The notes beneath the pieces were generated by a model that was not told the origin of the DNA, did no database searches, and saw only the letters and a program-made list of their open reading frames with translations. The position numbers and the translations under genes are program-made. Positions 20,722-28,974 of a stretch of DNA of 38,106 nucleotides are shown piece by piece; within the stretch, counting starts at the first letter, position 1, and every line of letters starts with the position of its first letter. The DNA comes from a plasmid: sequence record NZ_CP144727.1; one strand, 5' to 3'.

Positions 20722-21327
20722 CTAAGCGTTAGCTCTGTGTCGTTGCACGATGTCAGCGACGGTATTCTTGCTGATACCGAGCTCGCGTGCGATCCAGCGA
20801 TAGCTGCGTCCCTCGGCCCTCATCGCAACCACCTTAGGCAAAAGTCGGTCTGATTTTGGTCGCACTCCGGCCTGACGACCAAGCCTCTTACCACGTGCCT
20901 TCGCAACAGCAAGGCCTGACTTGACCCGCTCGCTGATGAGATCCCGCTCAAACTCCGCAATGCCGGAAAGAAACGTCGCCAGCATTCGTCCATACGGCGA
21001 CGAAAGATCGAACGCCATTCCATTCATGGCTATCACGGAAACCTTCCAGTTCTCCAGTTCACGTAGCGTATTGAGCAGATCGAGCGTCGAGCGCCCCCAC
21101 CGGGAAAGCTCAGTGACCAGGATTGCATCAATTTGTCTGGACTGGGCAAGCGCCAGGACTTTCTTTCGCTCGGCCCGGTCGAGTTTAGTTCCTGAACCTG
21201 TTTCCTTAAATATTCCCACCACGTCGTAGCCGGCACGGCCGGCGAAGGCTCGCAGATCAAATTCCTGGCGTTCACAAGACTGATCCGCTGTTGAAACCCG
21301 GCAGTAAATGGCGGCACGATGTCCCAA
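20722..21327 (-). CDS. tnpR: Serine recombinase resolvase TnpR
   Basis: IYCRVSTADQ...RQ catalytic motifs, C-terminal HTH. Confidence 0.85.
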   Translation of the reverse strand: MGHRAAIYCRVSTADQSCERQEFDLRAFAGRAGYDVVGIFKETGSGTKLDRAERKKVLALAQSRQIDAILVTELSRWGRSTLDLLNTLRELENWKVSVIAMNGMAFDLSSPYGRMLATFLSGIAEFERDLISERVKSGLAVAKARGKRLGRQAGVRPKSDRLLPKVVAMRAEGRSYRWIARELGISKNTVADIVQRHRANA

Positions 21328-21421
21328 TTGAACCCTCCTGGATTTTTGTATCGGAACGCCCTGATTTATATGGGCTGGCTGTTGTCCAAAACAGACTATA
21401 CTTCAAAAGGGACGAATTTGT
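21328..21421. promoter_or_regulatory. Probable res site / divergent promoters between tnpR and tnpA
   Basis: Position as in Tn3-type elements. Confidence 0.35.
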
Positions 21422-24319
21422 ATGTCACGACGCCATATTTTCACCGAACGGCAGCGAGCAGCGCTGTTCGATCTGCCCACGGACGAACTGTCGCTACTGA
21501 AGTTCTACACGCTGGGCGATGATGACCTGGAAAACATTAGGCAGCGCCGCAGACCGGAAAACAGGATTGGCTTTGCCCTGCAACTTTGTGCCTTACGATA
21601 TCCGGGCCGTGCACTGGCTCCTGGTGAGATGATCCCGCGTGAAGTCCTTTCCTTCGTCGGTGCTCAGCTTGGAGTTCCGGCTGATGCGCTTCTCACTTAT
21701 GCCACACGGCGCCAAACCCGTCAGCAGCACATGGACACGCTGCGCGAAATTTACGGCTACAAGACCTTCACGGGCCGTGGTGCCCGTGATCTGCGGGAGT
21801 GGACTTTCGGCCAGGCCGAAGATGCCAGATCAAACGAGGATCTTGCTCATCGTTTTATTGTGCGGTGTCGGGAAACTTCCACCATTCTGCCCGCAGTATC
21901 GACAATCGAGCGCTTGTGCGCGGATGCTCTGGTCGCCGCTGAGCGGCGGATTGAAACGCGGATTGCGGAAAATTTAACAGCGGATGTTCGCGATCACCTG
22001 GACAAACTTCTGAGTGAAATGCTCGCCGGCAATATCAGTCGTTTCATCTGGCTTCGCAACTTCGAGGTTGGTAACAACTCGGCTGCTGCTAACCGTTTGC
22101 TCGACAGGCTCGAATTTCTGCGTACCCTGAATATCAATCATAGTGCTTTGGCCAGCATACCTGCCCATCGCATTGCCCGGCTGCGTCGGCAGGGTGAACG
22201 CTACTTCACCGACGGTTTGCGTGACATCACTTCGGACCGCCGCTGGGCGATCCTTGCCGTCTGTGTTGTGGAGTGGGAAGCGGCGATTGCTGATGCCATA
22301 GTCGAAACCCATGACAGGATCGTAGGAAAAACCTGGCGGGAAGCGAAGCGCCAGCATGACGAAACAATTTCCGGCTCTAAAGCCACACTCACGGATACGA
22401 TCCGTACCTTCACCGCGCTGGGAGCTTCGTTGCTTGAGGCCCGCAGTGACGGAACCCCGCTGGAGATGGCTGTCGCCAGTTCGGTTGCATGGGACCGGCT
22501 CGCTCAACTGGTAGCGACAGGGACTCAACTCAGCAACACGCTAGCCGATGAGCCTCTTGCATATGTCGGGCAGGGATACCATCGCTTTCGTCGTTATGCG
22601 CCCCGCATGTTGCGCTGTCTGAAGCTCGAAGCCGCGCCGGTCGCCGGACCATTGGTAGCAGCAGCTTTGTCGATCGGAGAGATGAAAGGTGTTGCATCGC
22701 CAGAAAGGCGTTTCCTGCGGCCCAGCTCCAAATGGAACCGTCATTTACGAGCTCAGGAAAAAGGAGATACCCGTCTTTGGGAAGTGGCGGTACTCTTTCA
22801 CCTCCGGGATGCTTTTCGTTCCGGAGATGTCTGGCTCGCTCATTCGCGCCGCTATGGTGACCTCAAGCAGGTACTGGTGCCGATGATCGCGGCGCAGGAA
22901 AATGCAAAACTGGCCGTGCCTTCCAACCCACAGGATTGGCTGGCAGACAGAAAGGCGCGACTCACGATCGCTCTTAAGCGGCTGGCCCGGGCTGCCCGTA
23001 ACGGCACTATTCCGCACGGTAGCATAGAAGATGGAACGTTGCGGATCGACAGGTTGACAGCAGACGTGCCGGATGGTGCCGAGGCACTCATACTGGATCT
23101 GTATCGCCGAATGCCGTCCGTTCGGATTACCGACATGCTGCTTGAAGTTGATGCAGCCCTTGGTTTCACAGATGCGTTTACCCATCTGAGAACCGGGGCT
23201 CCATGTCGCGACCGGATCGGTCTGCTCAACGTCCTGCTCGCTGAAGGGCTCAATCTGGGCCTGCGTAAGATGGCGGAAGCTACAAACACGCATGATTACT
23301 GGCAGCTCTCACGCCTTGCCCGCTGGCATGTTGAAAGCGAAGCCATGAACCAGGCATTGGCAATTGTGGTGGCCGCGCAGGGTAAACTGCCGATGTCACG
23401 CGTCTGGGGGATGGGCACGTCAGCATCGAGCGATGGTCAGTTTTTCCCGACAGCGCGGCATGGCGAAGCCATGAACATGGTCAATGCCAAATATGGTTCT
23501 GTTCCCGGCCTCAAAGCGTATACTCACGTAAGCGACCAGTTCGCGCCATTCGCTTGTCAGTCGATCCCGGCGACCGTGAGCGAGGCACCGTATATTCTCG
23601 ATGGACTACTGATGAACGAGGTCGGTCGCCATGTTCGCGAACAGTATGCCGATACAGCAGGATTCACCGACCATTTGTTCGGAGCCAGTAGCCTGCTCGG
23701 CTACAATCTCGTTCTGCGAATCAGGGATCTGCCATCGAAGCGGTTGTACGTATTTAATCCCGATACGACCCCCAGGGAGTTACGCAAGTTGGTAGGTGGA
23801 AAAGCCCGGGAGGATCTTATCGTTGCGAACTGGCCTGATATTTTCCGTTGTGCCGCGACGATGACCGCTGGCAAAATCAGGCCCAGCCAACTCCTGCGCA
23901 AGCTCGCTTCTTACCCACGACAAAACAACCTTGCAGTTGCGCTTCGTGAAGTTGGTCGTATTGAACGGACCCTTTTCATTATTGAGTGGATCCTGGATAC
24001 GGACATGCAGCGGCGTGCTCAGATCGGTCTTAACAAGGGAGAGGCCCACCATGCGCTCAAAAATGCGCTCCGTATCGGGAGGCAGGGGGAAATTCGCGAT
24101 CGCACGACAGAGGGGCAGCACTACCGAATCGCTGGGCTCAATTTATTGACTGCGGTGATCATTTACTGGAATACCGTCCATCTTGGTCATGCCGTCACGG
24201 AGCGGCGGAACGAAGGGTTGGATGTTCCCCCTGAATTTCTTCCCCACATATCCCCATTGGGCTGGGCGCACATTCTACTGACTGGCGAATATCTTTGGCC
24301 CAAGGAACCGAAAGCTTAG
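21422..24319 (+). CDS. tnpA: Tn3-family DDE transposase TnpA (965 aa)
   Basis: Full-length homolog of the 4854.. TnpA; C-terminus ISPLGWAHILLTGEY. Confidence 0.9.
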   Translation: MSRRHIFTERQRAALFDLPTDELSLLKFYTLGDDDLENIRQRRRPENRIGFALQLCALRYPGRALAPGEMIPREVLSFVGAQLGVPADALLTYATRRQTRQQHMDTLREIYGYKTFTGRGARDLREWTFGQAEDARSNEDLAHRFIVRCRETSTILPAVSTIERLCADALVAAERRIETRIAENLTADVRDHLDKLLSEMLAGNISRFIWLRNFEVGNNSAAANRLLDRLEFLRTLNINHSALASIPAHRIARLRRQGERYFTDGLRDITSDRRWAILAVCVVEWEAAIADAIVETHDRIVGKTWREAKRQHDETISGSKATLTDTIRTFTALGASLLEARSDGTPLEMAVASSVAWDRLAQLVATGTQLSNTLADEPLAYVGQGYHRFRRYAPRMLRCLKLEAAPVAGPLVAAALSIGEMKGVASPERRFLRPSSKWNRHLRAQEKGDTRLWEVAVLFHLRDAFRSGDVWLAHSRRYGDLKQVLVPMIAAQENAKLAVPSNPQDWLADRKARLTIALKRLARAARNGTIPHGSIEDGTLRIDRLTADVPDGAEALILDLYRRMPSVRITDMLLEVDAALGFTDAFTHLRTGAPCRDRIGLLNVLLAEGLNLGLRKMAEATNTHDYWQLSRLARWHVESEAMNQALAIVVAAQGKLPMSRVWGMGTSASSDGQFFPTARHGEAMNMVNAKYGSVPGLKAYTHVSDQFAPFACQSIPATVSEAPYILDGLLMNEVGRHVREQYADTAGFTDHLFGASSLLGYNLVLRIRDLPSKRLYVFNPDTTPRELRKLVGGKAREDLIVANWPDIFRCAATMTAGKIRPSQLLRKLASYPRQNNLAVALREVGRIERTLFIIEWILDTDMQRRAQIGLNKGEAHHALKNALRIGRQGEIRDRTTEGQHYRIAGLNLLTAVIIYWNTVHLGHAVTERRNEGLDVPPEFLPHISPLGWAHILLTGEYLWPKEPKA

Positions 24320-24361
24320 GGTGTCATTTCGCCCTCAGCCGGAACCGACCCCAGTATCGGT

Positions 24362-24685
24362 AATGCACACGATTTTAAAAATGGGCGACAACTGGCAGCC
24401 TGGCTGGGACTAACGCCATCGCAGTACAGCAGTGGTGGGAAATCAAAGCTTGGCAGGATAACTAAAGCTGGCGATTCGTATCTGCGAACGCTACTGGTTC
24501 AGGGGGCTCGTTCGGTTCTGATTGGTGCCGAGAAAAGGACTGATTTATTCAGTCGTTGGGTCTGTTCACTGGTCGATCGCAGAGGATACTGGCGTGCCGT
24601 TGTAGCCATCGCCGCCAAAAACGCAAGGCTGTGCTGGGCATCATTGCATTACGGTGATGATTTCAGGCTGTACTCAGCCAGCTAA
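24362..24685 (+). pseudogene. 3' fragment (C-terminal ~107 aa) of an IS110-family (IS4321/IS5075-like) transposase
   Basis: Translation ...FKNGRQLAAWLGLTPSQYSSGGKSKLGRITKAGDSYLRTLLVQGARSVLIGAEKRTDLFSRWV... is the conserved IS110-family C-terminal domain; no N-terminal part present. Confidence 0.7.
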
Positions 24686-24970
24686 AGCACGAAACAAAAT
24701 AACCATCTGACCTGCAATTCGTTGATGATAAAGGGTTAGACCCCGTGAGGCCTATCTGGCTATTGTACAGGATATACGTATCCGCTTAACGAACAAGAAC
24801 CTCACGCGCGTCTTTCATCAGGGTCCGAATCGATGACGATTCATCATGGCCGTTTATAGTACCGCAGTCTCTCCCCTTTATTTTTACTGAAGAGCAGACA
24901 GAAACCATAAACACCGGCGTTGACACGCCGGGGAAGCCCTTATAGTACAATAATTTTCGATATCCAAACT

Positions 24971-25150
24971 GACCCCTATAAGGACAACCACGGGCGAAAC
25001 ACCGGATGATGAACATATTGCCCGGCTGTCACCGCTGATGCACGGGCATATCAATATGCTGGGGCATTACACATTCACGCTGCCGGAGGATATTCTGAAG
25101 GGAGAGCTTCGCCCTTTAAATATTAATATAAACAATGAAGTATCTTCTTA
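24971..25150 (+). pseudogene. 3' fragment of a third Tn3-family tnpA (…DDEHIARLSPLMHGHINMLGHYTFTLPEDILKGELRPLNI…)
   Basis: Matches conserved TnpA C-terminal pattern [17 protein letters not shown]...FRPL and runs into an IR. Confidence 0.55.
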
Positions 25151-25184
25151 ACGTGGTTTTTTACATCATTGACCTTCAAACCCC
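25147..25184. repeat. Solo 38-bp Tn3-family terminal IR (CTTAACGTGGTTTTTTACATCATTGACCTTCAAACCCC)
   Basis: GGGG...ACGTTAAG architecture of Tn3/Tn1000-type IRs. Confidence 0.6.
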
Positions 25185-25249
25185 GTTTAAAGCGACTCAG
25201 GGGCTTCTGTACGCGGTCGGAGTGGTCACGTCGAGGCTTTGCCGAAGAG

Positions 25250-25470
25250 GGGCGTATCTCCGCGTAAGCGGCCCCTAGGGGCGCTTACGAGCGTATTCAT
25301 CATGACTTCCAGCGGAGAGACTGACAGCAGCGTCAGTCGTTAGTTACATCATCCATCTTAAAAGCAATGTTGTTCCCGGCCTTCGGCCGGGGGCGCTTTT
25401 CAGTGGTGGGGAGGGGCACCTGGCCGGCAAACCGGCGCCGGTTTTATGATGAACTTCCTTTTGAATGCTG
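25250..25470. other. Cluster of GC-rich stem-loops (GCGTAAGCGGCCCCTAGGGGCGCTTACG; CCCGGCCTTCGGCCGGG+GCGCTTTT; GCCGGCAAACCGGCGCCGGTTTT), terminator-like
   Basis: Direct reading; no coding capacity. Confidence 0.35.
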
Positions 25471-25681
25471 TAACTAACTTAGTTCTTCCGCTGGGGCCCG
25501 ACGCGAAGCGATGGGAGCTACTTTTATCTGAGCGACGCGGACGCGTGCGGCCACTGTAAGCGAAGGCCTCATTGAGTTATTCACAGAGCCTGACCTGCCC
25601 CCAGAGTTAGATACAACCTTCAGTTAGTAATGTCGGTTGGTTTTTCTTCATATTTCCCTCAGTTCAATGCCAGGAACAGGG

Positions 25682-26577
25682 TGGATTGGCCCCTATATTT
25701 CCATACACTTTTTATCACTTAACCCATTACTGGTTCGCCGCCGCAGATATTCCCGTGGCGAACGATACCCCAGTGCACTATGCGGATGCCATTCGTTGTA
25801 ATGTTCGAAGGCCTCCGCAAGGTTCTTTACCGCTTTTAACCCGTCGGGTTTCGGCATGATACTTATGTAATCGCGCTTCATCGTTTTCACGAAGCTCTCT
25901 GCCATCCCGTTGCTTTCCGGGCTACGTACCGCCGTATGTTCAGGCTCCAGTCCTACCATTCTGGCGAACTGACGCGTCTGATAAGAACGGTAGGCTGGAC
26001 CGTTGTCTGTCAGCCACTCAACTGGGGATGTCGGCAGGCTGTTACCGAAGCGACGCTCCACGGCACCCAGCATGACGTCCTGCACGGTTTCACTGTCATA
26101 TCCACCGTTACTGGCCGCCCAGTAAAGTGCCTCGCGATCGCAACAGTCCAGAGCGAACGTGACCCGCAGTTTTTCACCGTTATCACAGCTGAACTCGAAG
26201 CCGTCAGAGCACCACCGCTGGTTACTTTCTCCAACGGCCACTTTCCCTGTATGCGCCCGCTTCGATGGCGGTATTTCCGGTTTACGCTCAAGCAGCAGCG
26301 CATTCTGACGCATGATGCGGTATACACGTTTGGCATTGATCACCGCCATGTCGTCAGTTTCTGATTGTCTGCGCAGCAGTGCCCATACCCGACGATAACC
26401 ATAGGTGGGCAGATCACCGATAACGGTATGGATACGGGCCAGCGCGTCAGTATCATCAGGCTTGCGCTTGCACCGACGATCCTGCCAGTCCTTCGACCGA
26501 CGGGCCATGGCATGCAGTTGCGCACGTGAGACCCGGAGGCAACGACTGACAAGGCTTATTCGCCATCCTCTTATCAT
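25682..26577 (-). mobile_element. IS2-like (IS3 family) fragment: right end with IR TGGATTGGCCCCTATATTTCCA and 5'-truncated orfB; orfA and left end missing
   Basis: IS2 IRR match at 25682-25703; junction with unrelated DNA near 26578. Confidence 0.8.
25693..26577 (-). CDS. insD: IS2 InsD (orfB) integrase-core transposase, N-terminally truncated
   Basis: [20 protein letters not shown]...DDTD...RWCSDGFEF...[13 protein letters not shown] matches IS2 InsD. Confidence 0.85.
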   Translation of the reverse strand: MIRGWRISLVSRCLRVSRAQLHAMARRSKDWQDRRCKRKPDDTDALARIHTVIGDLPTYGYRRVWALLRRQSETDDMAVINAKRVYRIMRQNALLLERKPEIPPSKRAHTGKVAVGESNQRWCSDGFEFSCDNGEKLRVTFALDCCDREALYWAASNGGYDSETVQDVMLGAVERRFGNSLPTSPVEWLTDNGPAYRSYQTRQFARMVGLEPEHTAVRSPESNGMAESFVKTMKRDYISIMPKPDGLKAVKNLAEAFEHYNEWHPHSALGYRSPREYLRRRTSNGLSDKKCMEI

Positions 26578-26800
26578 AAATGATAAAAGCGATCAGACCG
26601 CCAATACCAATGAACCAGCCAGCAATTAAAGCTGACCATAAAGGCCATAGCGAAAAAGTGTTTTTAACAAGATACGGTATCAGGTATTTAGCCGTTGATG
26701 CGTCAATACCGTAGGTAAATTTAGCAACTAGAAACCATACCATTATTGGCGGCAAAGTAATTGCAAATAAAAATGCTAAGCCTCTTTCTCTATCTTCCAT
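26456..26800 (-). CDS. Small membrane protein (2-3 TM); C-terminus replaced by IS2-derived sequence (disrupted)
   Basis: ATG 26800 with AAGGAG RBS, 1 nt after upstream stop; hydrophobic segments. Confidence 0.45.
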   Translation of the reverse strand: MEDRERGLAFLFAITLPPIMVWFLVAKFTYGIDASTAKYLIPYLVKNTFSLWPLWSALIAGWFIGIGGLIAFIIYDKRMANKPCQSLPPGLTCATACHGPSVEGLAGSSVQAQA

Positions 26801-26801
26801 T

Positions 26802-27218
26802 TCAGCGCTCCTTTTTTGGTTCCCAGACTTTATAGCCGTTACGTTCAACCTCTGCTTTTGCCGCTTTGGTTTTACCCGGTTCTGCTATCGAACGTAGGAG
26901 GATCAGCGTTTCAATAGCGAGTGATTCATGCAACATCATCTGTCCTGCCGGTGGGAATGTTACGCCAGATAGCGTTTCGGTTATTGCCTTCAGCTCATCG
27001 CGCAGTGAGCCAAAATCCGCATCTGAAGCACGGTCAAAAAGGTAATCCAGTTTGCGATTTACGTCGCTCAGCTGGTTGGTAACTATTTTCAACCCGGACT
27101 CCAGATCACCTGGGCCAGCTTCAAGGCAGCGCCGCAGATACTCTGACCGATTACCACCTGAAACCAGGTCTATATAGGCCAAAAGTTCATCTGATACTTT
27201 TGCGGTTATTGTTGGCAT
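26802..27218 (-). CDS. RHH-type DNA-binding protein, MobC-like (mobilisation accessory) candidate
   Basis: N-terminal RHH-like TITAKVSDELLAYIDLVSGGNRSEYLRRCLE and LKIVTNQLSDVNRKLD resembling the MobC NLNQIAR motif. Confidence 0.35.
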   Translation of the reverse strand: MPTITAKVSDELLAYIDLVSGGNRSEYLRRCLEAGPGDLESGLKIVTNQLSDVNRKLDYLFDRASDADFGSLRDELKAITETLSGVTFPPAGQMMLHESLAIETLILLRSIAEPGKTKAAKAEVERNGYKVWEPKKER

Positions 27219-27518
27219 TCAGTCCTCACTTTGTGCATTTTTTAAACGAAAAAAGGGTGTCTAATACGGTGAAATCATAGTATTACCAAAGTAATAAATA
27301 AAAAATGTTTTAAATCAGTAAGTTAGATTAGATTTGTAATACCTGGGTAATACCGCAGCATGGTTAAATTTGGTTTTTTTCTTTTAAATCAGTGAGATAG
27401 CGTGATTTATCACGCTGCGTTAGGTGTATAGCAGGTTAAGGGATAAAAAATCATCTTTTTTTGGTAGGGCGATCTCCGTAGGTTAAGGGTCATTTGGCTA
27501 AAAAGCGTCCTATTCTTT

Positions 27519-27542
27519 GATGGTCATGCTTGCATGACCATC
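27519..27542. repeat. Perfect 11-bp inverted repeat with 2-bp spacer GATGGTCATGC-TT-GCATGACCATC
   Basis: Direct reading. Confidence 0.7.
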
Positions 27543-27556
27543 TGAGCAACCAAAAA

Positions 27557-27641
27557 CTACAGATAAACTACAGATAAACTACAAAAAACGTGACAGACTA
27601 CAAATAGACTACAAGAAAACTACAGATAAACTACAAAACTC
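27557..27641 (+). repeat. Array of seven 11-bp direct repeats (CTACAGATAAA x3, CTACAAAAAAC, CTACAAATAGA, CTACAAGAAAA, CTACAAAACTC), one 8-bp interruption
   Basis: Direct reading; helical-period spacing typical of centromere/iteron arrays. Confidence 0.7.
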
Positions 27642-27696
27642 GATTGACCCCTTCTTACGAGTGTTGTAGAGTCATTTTCATACAACGGAGGGGGTT

Positions 27697-28083
27697 ATGA
27701 ATAAACCAGCAGATCTGAAACCCCGCAACTTATCGGCTGCTGTCAGATTGCGCCTAAATGAAATCGAGAACTGGCTGGACAGAGGGCTAACGCGGCATGA
27801 AATTGCTGAAATCCTCGACAGCGAATACAGCTTTTCGGTAACAGCCAAAGGGCTTGAGATGGCACTGTATAGAACGCGGCAAAACCGAAAAAATGTATTG
27901 CACAATACACATGATAAGAGTAGCGCGAAGGGTGCAGCGGAAAGTGTATTGCACAATACACAACCGTCTGAGCCTGAAGCGCAGGAAAGTGAAAAAGCAG
28001 AGAGTCCCGGCATTATTGATAAAGAATTCTTCAATAAAATCGGTGAGAATTTCGACCCTAAGAAGTTCAACAAAAAATTCTGA
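27697..28083 (+). CDS. Small putative DNA-binding protein (HTH LTRHEIAEIL), 128 aa, low-complexity C-terminus
   Basis: Strong RBS GGAGGGGG 5 nt before ATG; immediately downstream of repeat array. Confidence 0.5.
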   Translation: MNKPADLKPRNLSAAVRLRLNEIENWLDRGLTRHEIAEILDSEYSFSVTAKGLEMALYRTRQNRKNVLHNTHDKSSAKGAAESVLHNTQPSEPEAQESEKAESPGIIDKEFFNKIGENFDPKKFNKKF

Positions 28084-28091
28084 GGTGATTT

Positions 28092-28283
28092 ATGAAAGTA
28101 GCGGTAATTAATTACAGTGGCAGTGTTCGTAAAACCTTAATTTCATCTTACCTGTTAGCCCCGCGCCTGACTGGTGCAAAGTTCTATGCGGTAGAGACTA
28201 TCAACCAGTCTGCTTCCGATCTGGGTATTGAAAATGTGACCAGTTTTAAAGGTGACGACTTCTCACGTTTGATTGAGGGGTAA
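28092..28283 (+). pseudogene. N-terminal 62 codons of a ParA-like gene (MKVAVINYSGSVRKT, degenerate Walker A), truncated by IS1
   Basis: ORF runs into IS1 end at 28279; stop codon supplied by IS1. Confidence 0.4.
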
Positions 28284-28293
28284 TGACTCCAAC

Positions 28294-28683
28294 TTACTGG
28301 TAGTGTTTTATGTTCAGATAATGTCCAATGACTTTGTCATGCAGTTCTCCCTTCAGGCGTGATTCATAAAGCGGCCAGTCATCCGTCATCCATACCACGA
28401 CCTCAAAGGCCGACAGCAGGCCCGGAAGACGCTCCAGCGTGGCCAACGTGCGTTCACCGAATACGTGCGCCACAACCGTCCTCCGTATCCTGTCATACGC
28501 GTAAAACAACCAGCGCTGGCGTGATTTAGCGCCGACGTAACCCCACTGTTCGTCCATTTCCGCGCAAACAATGACGTCACTGCCCGGTTGTATGCGTGAG
28601 TTTACCGACTGCGGCCTGAGTTTTTTAAGTGTCGTAAAATCGTGTTGAGGCCAACGCCCATAATGCGTGCACTGGCGCGACAT
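28294..28683 (-). CDS. insB: IS1 InsB frame with 38-aa internal deletion
   Basis: 129 aa vs 167 aa in the other copy. Confidence 0.8.
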   Translation of the reverse strand: MSRQCTHYGRWPQHDFTTLKKLRPQSVNSRIQPGSDVIVCAEMDEQWGYVGAKSRQRWLFYAYDRIRRTVVAHVFGERTLATLERLPGLLSAFEVVVWMTDDWPLYESRLKGELHDKVIGHYLNIKHYQ

Positions 28684-28877
28684 CCGACGCCATTCATGGC
28701 CATATCAATAATTTTCTGGTGTGTACCGGGCTGAGAGGCGGTGTAAGTGAACTGTAGCTGCCATGTTTTACGGCAGTGAGAGCAGAGATAGCGCTGATGT
28801 CCGGCAGTACTTTTACCGTTACGCACCACGCCTTCAGTAGCTGAGCAGGAGGGACAACTGATGGAGATGGAAGCCAC
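28602..28877 (-). CDS. insA: IS1 InsA
   Basis: 91 aa identical to copy at 30435..30710. Confidence 0.9.
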   Translation of the reverse strand: MASISISCPSCSATEGVVRNGKSTAGHQRYLCSHCRKTWQLQFTYTASQPGTHQKIIDMAMNGVGCRASARIMGVGLNTILRHLKNSGRSR

Positions 28878-28974
28878 GGGAGCACCTCAAAAACACCATC
28901 GTACACTAAATCAGTAAGTTGGCACCATTACCCGGGAAGAGGGGGAAAATCTAGTGTAACAAACTACCCTCAGG

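Larger units (their letters stand above)
20689..24352 (+). mobile_element. Minimal Tn3-family transposon (3664 bp; tnpR and tnpA divergent, no cargo; Tn5403-like)
   Basis: Perfect 38-bp terminal IRs GGGGTCGGTTCCGGCTGAGGGCGAAATGACACCCTAAG at 20689..20726 and inverted at 24315..24352; both ORF stops fall in the IRs. Confidence 0.85.
28279..28932 (-). mobile_element. IS1 copy (654 bp) with 114-bp in-frame internal deletion in insB
   Basis: IS1 termini GGTAATGACTCCAACTTACTG... and ...CAGTAAGTTGGCACCATTACC; insA intact. Confidence 0.85.

Noticed and set aside
22745-23293. Several 100-180-aa minus-strand ORFs within 21.9-24.1 kb
   Set aside because: They are antisense to the 965-aa tnpA, which has clear homology. 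They are shadow ORFs.
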